Below, in pieces: positions 1-10,800 of a DNA stretch of 64,000 nucleotides. The DNA comes from Paraspadella gotoi. Taxonomy: Eukaryota; Animalia; Chaetognatha. The translations under genes and the position numbers were made by a program. Numbering within the stretch: position 1 is the stretch's first letter; every line of letters begins with the position of its first letter. The stretch covers positions 8,175,002-8,239,001 of the forward strand of contig CM119268.1 in NCBI GenBank assembly GCA_051294375.1. The letters run 5' to 3'. The notes under the pieces are model-generated. The model ran no database searches, was not told the origin of the DNA, and worked only from the letters and a program-made list of their open reading frames with translations.

Positions 1-33
1 CTTTCGCTTTTCTTGAAAATGAAAAGCCGAAAA

Positions 34-73
<40 letters not shown>

Positions 74-839
74 CTCTCGTCTGTCTCATCTCCTCTCCTC
101 CTCTCTCTCTCTCTGTCTCTCCAAACACCTACACACACACATCCTCTCCCATCTCCCTATCCACTTTATCTCTCTCTCTCTTCACTTTCTCCCTTCTTAT
201 TTACTTTTTTCATTTTCTCTAAGCCAAGCCCATAAATGGTCGCACCAATTTTATGGCAACATGCTATTAAAAGGACGCTTAAAAAAAGGAACGTGTAACT
301 TAATAAATAAGATAAAATTGCATCATTTGTTTGTTTATTGTTTTTTTTATTCGTAATTACACGAAGGTCTACGAAGTCAAAAAGATGTTAAAAAAAATCG
401 AAGGAAAAAAAAATATGAAAAGTTAAAAATGGCGTCGGCGAGGAAAGCGTCCCGGAAGGAAAGCGGAGGAAAAGAGCGGCAAAAGTTGAAGTCAATGAAG
501 AGGAGGAGGAGGGAGAGAGATGAGGATATTCCGTTGCCCGGGCGATGTGAGGGTTCGAGGATGACAAGGAATGGATAAGGGAGGAAGATACAGGAAGAAA
601 GAAGAGGAGAAAAGGAGGAGAAAGATTAAGAGATGGAGAAACAGCAAAGGAGAGAGATGAAGGGAGAGAGAGAGAAGAAGAGAGGAGAAGAGAGAGAGAG
701 AGAGAGAAGGAGTCCAGTTTGCCAACAGGAAGAAGCAAGTTAAATTAAAATTGTCCCGTTTTATCTGCTGGCAAGTTTTGGTTTGTTGTGAAATAAAGTG
801 AAGGAAACAAATAAACGGAGAAAGGAGAGTAGGAAAGAG

Positions 840-889
840 GAAGATATAAAGAGGGAAGAAAAGAAAATAAAAAATAGATAAATAGAGAG

Positions 890-948
<59 letters not shown>

Positions 949-1107
949 AAAAAGAGAAAAAGAAAGAAATAAAGAAAGAAAGAACAAAAGAAAGAAAGAA
1001 AGAAGAAAGAAAGATATAAAGAAAGAAAGAGAAAGTAAAAAGGATCAAAGAAAGAAAGAAAGAAAGAAAAAAGAGAGAAAGAAAGAAAAAAGAGAGAAAA
1101 AAAGAAA

Positions 1108-1139
<32 letters not shown>

Positions 1140-1200
1140 CAAAGAAAGAAAGAAATAAAGAAAGAAAGAAAGAAAGAAAGAAGGAAAGAAGGAAAGAAAT
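840..1200. repeat. (GAAA)n microsatellite / purine tract
   Basis: Long degenerate aaag repeat; source of the F/L/S-rich spurious ORFs. Confidence 0.9.
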
Positions 1201-1431
1201 ATAGAAATGAAAACGGAGAATAAAGAAAAAATTAGCGAGAAATTTGAAAAAAAAGAAGAAATTATGACGTGAAAAAAGTTTTAAAAAATACATCAAAAAG
1301 ACGAATTGACTAAAATAAAAGGTACGTAAAAATTTAAAAGCCTCCGGAAGTTGGACTAAAGACATTCAAAAAATGGCGGGGAAGAAAAAGAGAAAGAGGG
1401 ACAAAAACAGAACGAAGATGCGGCCACTGAC

Positions 1432-4400
1432 CTCGAAAGAAAGAGTCTTTTGTCCAAAGGTCAAGCAGCTCGTTGAAGCAAAAAGAAAAAAAAAATCGAA
1501 TTACAGCTGGAAGGATTTTTCTTTCTAATCTTTCGACAGTTACAGATCTCGGACTGTTTTTGGTGGCAGGTATGGAATGTAGAGTTAGTTTAAAGGGTAA
1601 TTTTTGAAAAAAACATTTTTCTATGGTTTTCAGTTGACAAAATTTTAATTCATTAATTTATTCCTGAATTTCCCATTTTTTATTTATTTCAATGTTAAAT
1701 TAGGATGCATCAGTATTTTAATTTCATGTTTTGGTTTGTACGACGGCAAAGTTTATTCCAAAAATAAACAGACAAGTTTCGGCTATCATACATTGCCAAA
1801 ACTTTGCCGTCGTACAAACCAAAACGAATTTCTCCTTTAAATTTTAAACAATAATTTTATGTTAAAAAAAACATCTCATTCTGAATAGTTTTTTTTTTTT
1901 TTTACTGACGGCTCCTCGTCTCCAATATCAAGATAAATCGTTGAATTAAAAAAGTAATTTATTACATAGAGACACAAAGTTGATTTTGAGACCCAAGGAT
2001 GTTCGTTTATATTCATAAATATTCGAAAAAAGTCTTGGATTCTTTACTTAGTAGAAATAAGGAGGAAGAAAAAAGGAAAAAGTTAAAGGGAAATGAAAGA
2101 AAAATGGAAGATGTGAATAATATAAAGAAAGAAATATAAAGAAAAGGAAAGAAGAAAGTTGAGTCGATTGCGAAGGGAGGAAAGTCAACAAAGAAATCAA
2201 GACATCGGAGGAAAGAGGAAAAAGGAGGAAGAGAGGAAAGAAAAGGAAAGGAGAAATTAGGAAAACGATTTAGGATAAAAGAAAAATGAAAAAAAACAGT
2301 AAGGAGAGAGGAGAATAGTAAGAAAGAAGAGTGAAGACGAGTAAATTGCGAGTATAGAGAGGATAGAGAGGAAATCGAGGAAAAAGCATAAGAGAGGAAA
2401 AAGAAAAGAGGAGCTCAGGGAAAAAGGGTTGAACGAAGCGAAATTCAATAAAAGGCCGATTCTTCTTCTGCTTCTTCTTCGACTTCGGGTTTTCTTGAGA
2501 CCAACGCCAAATGTTGAGAGACGACGACGACGACGACGACGACGTCGTCGACGGCGGAGAATTCGGCACCGGATACGTTTAACCCAAATGGATGCTTCAG
2601 CAATGACGACGACGACAAAGAAAAATACTAAAACTGACATCGGATTTTTCGTCGCTAAACGATTTTATTGGCGAATTTTTTGTTGACTCCTGTGCGATTC
2701 TTGATTCACTGTCGCATCTGATTCCATCGTTTTAATCATGACTTCTTTCACTACGAGGACCCGCATTGGGCATCTCTAAAGCTTTCCGTTTGACAAGGTA
2801 TCCATGCTATGCCACATAAAGCGCCCTCTGGTGCAGTCTACCAGTCATCCACTCTCCCACGTGCATCTAGACGCAATAATTGATAGTCGCTCATCGCGAA
2901 ATCCTTTAAGCTTCTGCGCGGAATTGGAAACAACGAAAGACGACGACGAAAACGACGATGATGATGAAGACTAAGTATATTTTTCGGTTGAACTGTTTAG
3001 CAGTTTGTCAGTAAATGACAAAATCTTTAACGTCTCATGGGCAATTCGTAAGAATCGTAAAAACTAAATTTGTCCACAGCAAAATTTCTGCTGGTAATGT
3101 AAATTTTTTTTAAATTTAAATTTAAACAAATTAATTATTTGTAATATTTATAATCTCGTTTGCTTTGAAATGCCATTAATTCCGTTCAATCTTATTGCAT
3201 AAAAAAATTAAAATTTGAAAGAGAGTTGAAAATCGTAAAATGACATTATTAAATTTTTTTAATCAATAACTTGTTTTTCTTCTTTTTGATATCGATCCCG
3301 GTTATCAGTCTTTGATATAGACTTAAATTTATGAATGCCTTCGTGCAGAAGAGGCTTATACAGCATAATCCGCGTTGATGGAGAGACCCAGTTGATGTGG
3401 TATCTCCATCCCGGTCTGTGACGATGAATCTCTCATCCGCGGACGACGTCATAAAGCGAAAGTGATCAAGGACGGGATTAACGTTGATTAGATCCATTTT
3501 ACGCTCGGCCTGGGCGCATGGGTTGTCGTCTTCCTTCGCGAAGGGCGTTGTCGTTGTTTTCGTTGAGGCTGACCCCTTTCATTTTCCCTCTCGTTGATCA
3601 TTTTTTTAACCGACTTTGCAAAATTGAACGTCGTTGTCGCATCTCCGACAAACTACATTTCATTTACAATTAATAACTATTATATTTGTTGTTGCCCAGC
3701 TGATTTGATAAACCGAAAATCTAAAACCACCCCCCAAAAAACGACACCGAATTTTAAATTCGCCTAGTTTGGAATGCCACTCACGAAACAGAGTCAATAA
3801 CTTTCAGCGAGGATTGGCTTGTATGAAAAGAGACGTTCTCCGATACTATTCAATACAATTCAATCAAGTATCATTCGTGTCGGGAGAACATCAATTGCCA
3901 TTGACGTCTCCGCTCTCCTAATTGAGCTTGTTGTCCTCGGTTAACGTCGTTTACGGTTGACGTCAAAAGTGACGTCTTCACGTCGCGTCGCGAAAGATGA
4001 TTTAGAATCTTATCTCACAACCAATCACTTTTTTTCACATTCTGAATTTTTCGTTCAGTTACTATTCCTAAGCTGAGAACTTGGGATGGGGGGAAATATG
4101 TACTCAATTGGTAAATAAAAAAATATTATTTTTATTTAATAACTAAGTTATCACGTGACTCTGGACAAAGACTGCAACGTCGTGGACTTATGTAGAAGTC
4201 GGGACCGCGAAGGAGTATATTTCGGCACCGCGTGCCCGTCGGAGCCGTCCACCTATCGACCGAAAAGAGGAGGCTCAACTCAAACATAAGATCATTCATC
4301 ACCGACGCCGAATCCGATGGCGAACATCCGGCGCGGAGGAAAGAGGGGGGTGGTGGGCCCGGTGGGGGGGAGGAAAGAGAAGGGAAGAAAAAGAATAAGA

Positions 4401-5397
4401 GGAAGAAAAGGAGGAAAAGGAAGAAGAAAGAGAGATGGAGATCAGGTGTGGGGAGAAAAAGAAAAGAGCATCGAAAATAAAGGAAAAAGGTATCGATGAG
4501 AGGCCCAAAGTTAAGAGGAAAGAGAAACAGAAAAAAAAAGGAAAGGAAGAAAAAGAGAGAACGTTTGTCTTCTTAGTTTAAAGGGAAAATAAAGAGTAGG
4601 AGATGTGGGAGGGCAGGGACAAGATAAAAAGAAGGAAAAGGGAAGATAAAAAAAATGGAGTCGTTTTGGAAGTGTGAAGAAGAAATAAAACTTGGGAAGG
4701 AGAAGAGAGTAAACAGGCAAGGAAGAAAATAAAAATTAGGAATGATTCAAGAAAGTGAATTCAAGATAAACCGGGTTTTCGTTATCGGGATAAAAGCAAC
4801 AGAATTGAAAAAAAATGTTAGAGGAGAGAAGAAAATAAGTAAACGCAGTTAAAATAGGAAAATTTATCAGAGGAAATTTAGAGAAATTGGTGAAATTAGC
4901 ACGAGGAAATAGAATCGCCTGAAGTGAAATTTTACAAAGAGGAATTGGTTGAAAGAAGAAAGAGGAGAAAAGGCGAGGAAAGAAGAAAGAGGATGGAGGA
5001 AGAGAACGAGGAAAAGAAGATAAAGGGGAGGAAGGATGAAGAGGAAGAGGAGATAAAGCGAGGAAGGAGATTATCCTCGCGGGAGAATCTCGCCTCTCGA
5101 CTCTAATCGGATTAAGTGAGAAAAAAAGAGAGAGAGAGAGAGAGGTTGTGATTCGATTTCATTCACGTGAAACGCGAATCCGTGTTGTTGATGTTGGTGG
5201 CGTCTTCGTTGATGGAGAGAGATGGTGATGTCGAGAGTTGGGTTGTCGAGCCTGGCCAAGTTGACGGAGAGAGACGATGTAGTGGGTAAGTTTAACAATG
5301 TCGAACCCGCGATATGAGTGAAGTAAAAAAGATGATGGTGAATTAGTAAAGGCAACGCAATGAGAAACACGCTACCCTTGCCTCCGTCACAAAGCAT
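1432..5397 (-). pseudogene. Protocadherin/cadherin-like gene fragments, frameshifted (pseudogene or error-rich consensus); may extend further left
   Basis: Minus-strand pieces in the expected order. A hydrophobic N-terminus starts at ATG 5397 (MLCDGGKGSVFLIALPLLIHHHLFYFTHIAG). FRFMTSSADERFIVTDRDGDTTSTGSLHQRGLCCISLFC (~3465-3340) and YQLLRLDARG/WMTGRLHQRA/LCGIAWIPC (~2890-2790, needs frameshifts) both resemble protocadherin EC1 (FRL...V...G.L.T...IDRE.LC...C). VVIAEASI...SAVDD (~2610-2545) resembles an EC2 start. An exon 1553-1432 with AG/GT ends encodes ELLDLWTKDSF (LDRE.KDSY-like). Recognised by eye; no continuous ORF. Confidence 0.4.
1728..1825. mobile_element. Small fold-back / MITE-like element: perfect 27-bp inverted repeats around a 44-bp spacer
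   Basis: gttttggtttgtacgacggcaaagttt (1728-1754) is the exact reverse complement of aaactttgccgtcgtacaaaccaaaac (1799-1825). Confidence 0.6.
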
Positions 5398-5485
5398 GAA
5401 TCGAAAAGGCAAAGAAGCTCTTTACTCAACGACTCTATTTCGGTTCTTGGAAAAACATGGAAACCATTTGTCGCACTCCCGTGAG

Positions 5486-5566
<81 letters not shown>

Positions 5567-6051
5567 AGAAGAGAGAGAGGCCAATTTTCGGTTATGGGTT
5601 CGACTCTTGGGTCAGCAACGCCGCCTCTTGGCAACCGCGTGACGCTTTCGAGGCGACGAACAAAGTCCTGACACTTGGCCGACGAAATCGATTAGTGAAA
5701 ACCAAACTCTGTTTTTAAAACGCTTTAACGTATTTTATAAATGTTTGTTCCAAAGTTTTACAAAAGTTACAACATCTGCGTCGTCGTTGTCAGTGTCGTC
5801 GTTATGACATCATCGTCGTCGTCATCGTCGTCGTCTTTCTAAAACTCCATCTCCAATCGGTTCTTCATCGTCGTTTTCTTTTCAAAAGACGAAAAAGAAA
5901 AAAAATGGAATAAAAGAATAAAAAAAATAAAAAATAATAAAAAAGGTCGAGAAATATTTTTTTTCTCCCTGAGATTTCTTTATAAAAAGGGGAAGAAGAT
6001 GGAAAGTCTTGGGTCCCTGAAATCAATTTGAATAACTTTGACAACACGACC

Positions 6052-6180
<129 letters not shown>

Positions 6181-6916
6181 TATCATAAAAAATCGAATGA
6201 TGTTCTCTGGCAGTAACGATTGTTTTTGTTTTTTCAAAAAATGAAATTTCGATATATTTGCATTTTCGCCGCCAGCGACGTTGATGAGAATATTTTGGGA
6301 GAAGTTTAAATAATCAAAAGTACTTATTTTTCGGTGATAATGTGTTTGTAAAGAAACAAAATAAAAGATTTTGAAAAACATACTGAATCCTTGATACACG
6401 TTCGAAAGCCTGCCATTGAAAAGAAGCGTAAATTCTAAGACAACCAACGGTAAGGTATTACAATTTTTTAACAAAGAGAAGGGTTACGTTTTTTACTTTA
6501 ACAATATTAAATTAAAAATTCATTAAACGTTTAAGAACGATTCGTTCGAAAATATCCTGAACTTTCTCTGGCTTTCAATCGAACAGCCGACGAGTGGCAA
6601 CGACGACGACGACGACAACGACAACGACGACACGGTTAGAAATTGTGGTACTCGCTCAAGTGGATAAATGCCAGGGCGGTTTAATAGCGCAGCCAAAGAG
6701 GCAGGACGTCCGGAACCAAGGAACTCCGCCGCTCTCTCAACCGTGAAAGAGGGAGGAAGAAGAAGAGGAGGAGGAGGAGGAGGAGGAGGAAGAAGAAGAA
6801 GAGGTGGGAGAAGCAGAGAAGTGAAAGGGAGGGAGGGAGAGAGGGAGGCAGGGACGGAGTAAAGAAAAAAACTGGTAAAAGCAAAACCAAAATGTCGAAT
6901 TTGATGCGGAGAAGGA

Positions 6917-7001
<85 letters not shown>

Positions 7002-7485
7002 AAAAAAAATAAAAAAACATTAAAAAAGAAAATTATGGACGATGAAAAGATATGTTAGTAAAAACCCTATTTAAAGATCTAAAACTTTTAATCATAAACG
7101 AAAATATACTACTTCAGTTTACTTAGTTCCAGCAAGTCTTTAATTTGAAATTCGTAATTAAATGATTGGATTTTTCTAAAAAGACGAGGACGAAATTATA
7201 ACGCGTTGCATTTGTAATGTTAAAAATGATTATTCGTTCATCGCGCTCTCCTTTTTTCCCCTCAAATTACAAATAGCACGAAAGGAGTCGCACCGAGCCG
7301 ATTTTGACAAACAAAAGATCTCATATCACGCGCGACAATACTCTTCATTTATTATGAAAATAAAACAAAACCAAAAATAAAAAAGTGTGAAATTATTGGA
7401 AGATATTTAATCAAATATCTTTTTTTTCAAAAGGGATATTAAACGTTTTGAGTTTTAAGCATCTAAAGCTTCTTAACCCGGTTTG

Positions 7486-7499
7486 GTTGCTATGGGAAC
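7486..7499 (+). promoter_or_regulatory. RFX X-box motif (ciliary gene promoter element)
   Basis: GTTGCTATGGGAAC is close to the X-box palindrome GTTGCCATGGCAAC and lies ~390 bp upstream of the ATG at 7888. Confidence 0.6.
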
Positions 7500-7611
7500 T
7501 GACGACGCTAGTGCGGTCATCATTGTACGATTAAATCTGTTTCAAATCAAATTGGGAAAAATATAACTAGATATTTAATCAATATTATATCGCATTCGTC
7601 CTTGATGCGCA

Positions 7612-7693
7612 GCAGTTGTGGCCGAGTGGTTAAGGCGATTGACTAGAAATCAGTTACGGTCTCCGTGCACAGGTTCGAATCCTGTCAACTGCG
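7612..7693 (+). tRNA. tRNA-Ser(AGA): tRNA-Ser, anticodon AGA
   Basis: Full cloverleaf: acceptor GCAGTTG/CAACTGC, D arm with A-box TGGCCGAGTGG, anticodon stem ATTGA/TCAGT with loop CT-AGA-AA, long variable arm TACGG-TCT-CCGTG, T arm ACAGG-TTCGAAT-CCTGT, discriminator G. A T5 run follows ~20 nt downstream. Confidence 0.97.
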
Positions 7694-7887
7694 TTAACTT
7701 GATTTGTTTCATTTTTATTTCTTGGTTTTAGAATGAATCCAGCAATGCGTCACGTTCACTTATTTTCGTGAACATAAAAAATATGAAGGAAATTTTCGAT
7801 TAATCTCAAAAACCAAAATACATGCTGACAATGTAAATAAATAAATAACCACAACGACATAAGAATCTCCTCCGAACGCCGCGGCGG

Positions 7888-10800
7888 ATGGCGCTGCAGT
7901 CGATCGACCGCGGCAGCGTCTCTGCGCGCTATGAGGTGCTGCTGCTGGAGGCGGGCGACGACGCGCCCTCGACGAAAATGTTGACCGTCTTCAAAGTCCT
8001 AGACGAAATTATCCCTCATCTCGGGATGTACAAGAAGGTTGGCCAAGAGAGGACCCCCGGGGTTAATGAGAGACGATCGAGGGGATTGAAATGATCTGAG
8101 GCGAACTGAGGGGATTAAGAGAATCGAGGGGATTGAAATGATCTGAGGGGACTGAGGGGACTGAGAGAATCGAGAAGATTGAAATGATCTGAGGCGAACT
8201 GAGGGGGACTGAGAGAATCGAGAGATTGAAATGATCTGAGGGACTGAGGGGACTGAGAGAATCGAGAAAGATTGAAATGATCTGAGGCGAACTGAGGGGG
8301 ACTGAGAGAATCAGAAGATTGAAATGATCTGGGGGGACTGAGGGGACTGAGAGAATCGAGAAGATTGAAATGATCTGAGGCGAACTGAGGGGACTGAGAG
8401 AATCGAGAAGATTGAAATGATCTGAGGCAAACTAGGAGGGACTGAGAGAATCGAGAAGATTGAGAATGATCTGAGGCGAACTGAGGCGGACTGAGAGAAT
8501 CGAGAAGATTGAAATGATCTGAGGCGAACTAAGGGGGACTGAGAGAATCAAGAAGATTGAAATGATCTGAGGGGGACTGAGAGAATGGAGAGGATTGAAA
8601 TGATCTGAGCGGGATTGAGATAATCGAGGGGGATTTAGATGGAAATTCGAAATGGAAATGACGATCGTATCCGAAGCCTTCGAGTTTTTTTTCTATTTTC
8701 AGGTGATGTCCCTGATTCGCAAGGAGATGGTCGACGCAGTCTACTCCGACGTCATAACATCCGCCGTGGAGACGACGAAGGCGACGAATAAGACGAAAAC
8801 GACGACGAAAAAATTGACGAATGAAGGAGAAAGAAGGGAATTTTTAGAGAGAATTCCTTACTTTACTCTGGTGCGGAGAATGAAGGAAGAGGAGGTGAGG
8901 GGATGGTTTTACCAAGTCAGTTTAATGATGATCAGAATATTTAGAATATTTCGTGTATTTAATGATAATTTAGATTTTAAGTGAAAATATTATGTTTTTG
9001 CTTGATATTTTTTTTTATCTTTATCTTTTACTCAAAGATGTTCGTTGCTTTTTTTAAAAGTTGATTATACCATGTTATTGTTAAATTAGAATAAAAATGC
9101 CTAATATTGATGGTAAATATCGTTTTGGTAACTTATTTTTCCATTATACGAAATTGATATAACCGAAATGATCTCGTTAAATCGGGTCGATCTTATGTCC
9201 GACATCCAACCTTTCAATTCGTCTTTGTCTTCAGGCTGAAGCGTTGACCACTCAGAGAGAGCAGGTGGAAGCTTTGAAGGAAGCGCTCTTCGATAAAAGC
9301 TGCGAATGCGATCAGCATTTGGAGACGATACAGAAGTTGGAGGAACAGATAGAAGTACTGAAGAAGCAGAGGGTGAGAAAGAATATATTAAATAATACCT
9401 AGGAATTCTTAAAACTTAAATCTTAAATCTTGAATTCCAAATCATAAATCTTAAATTGCAACCCTTATACCAATAAACTTTAAATTTTAAAGATTTGACA
9501 CAGAAATAAACCTAAAATATTAAAAAATCATTATTTAAATCTCAGAACAACTTGCAAAAGCAAATCGGCGAGAAAACGACGCGATGCAAAAACTTGGAGA
9601 TCGAAATAGAGAATCTGTCCGGAGAGATGAACCGCGCACGCAGCGCGATGGAGAACGTCGCAGGAGAAACGCAGACGAAGCTGGAGGAAGAACGCGTCAA
9701 GGTAAGTCGCAAGTCGTCCGAAAAGCCTTACCCTCCCTAAAACCCGCTTCCGCCATCAGGTTCGAGAGTTGATGAAATTCAAAGACGGATTCGCGGCGAT
9801 GGACGCCGCTTTTTCTCCCGATCGAATAGACGCCGGCGACGCCGACGACGCCCCCTCTGCGGCGCCGGTGCCGCCTCTCGCGGTGACCCCCGCTCTGACG
9901 CCGGCGCTCTCGCCGGGGCTGGCGCCGTTGCCCGAGACGTCGTCCGTTCCTGTGTCGAAGAGAGCATTTCTCCTCAGGTGAGGAATCTTTTTAACTGAAT
10001 AAAAAAAAACCAAAACAGAAACATAAACAAAAACTACAAATAATCAACAAGATAAAATAATAACAAAAAAAAAGACAAAAACAAAACCAAAATGAAAAAA
10101 CTATGAATAAAATGCAATAAAACGATCAACAATCAAAAACAACAAAAATGACTAACAACAAAACAGCCAATAGTTATCACAGCAACCCACTATGTAGCTT
10201 TGCCAAACACCATCCCTCTCTTCTCTCTCCTCTCCCTCTATGACTCCCTCTCCTACTCCTCTCCCTCCCTTCTCTCTCCTCTCCCTCTCCTCTCCCTCCC
10301 TTCTCTCTCCTCTCCCTCTCTAACTCCCTCTCCCTCTCCTCTCCCTCCATTCTCTCTCCTCTCCCTCTCTAACTCCCTCTCCTCTCCCTCCCTTCTCTCT
10401 CCTCTCCCTCTCTGACTCCCTCTCCCTCCCTCTCCTCCTCCTTCTCTCCTCCTCTCCCTCTCTAACTCCCTCTCCCTCCCTCCCTCCCTCTCCTCTTCTC
10501 TCCCTCTCTTCTCTCCTCTCCCTCTCCTCCTCCCTCCCTCCCTCTCTCTCTCTCCCTCTCTTCTCTCCTCTCCCTCTCCCTCCCTCCCTCCCTCTCCTCT
10601 CTCTCCCTCCCTTCTCTCTCCTCTCTCTCCCTCTCTAACACCCTCTCCCTCCCTCCCTCTCTTCTCCCTCCCTTCTCTCTCCTCTCCCTCTCTAACTCCC
10701 TCTCCCTCCCTTCTCTTTTCTCTCCCTCCCTCCAAGCAATCTCGAAAACTGCATCAAAATCGAGAACCAGGTCCTGGGCGTCCAGAACGCCGTGGTCGCC

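Noticed and set aside
13-1365. Long F/L/S-rich ORFs (up to 216 aa) and similar ER/SL-repeat ORFs across the window
   Set aside because: Translations of (CT)n, (GA)n and (GAAA)n microsatellites, which lack stop codons by composition.
3330-3385. RGLCCISLFC as an insulin A chain
   Set aside because: Spacing is CC-x4-C with no fourth Cys eight residues later and no B chain; a cadherin EC1 reading fits the context better.
8060-8640. Regular ~48-bp repeats as a CRISPR array (also the 55-bp and 70-bp repeats)
   Set aside because: Head-to-tail units with no unique spacers, no cas genes, and a eukaryotic context.
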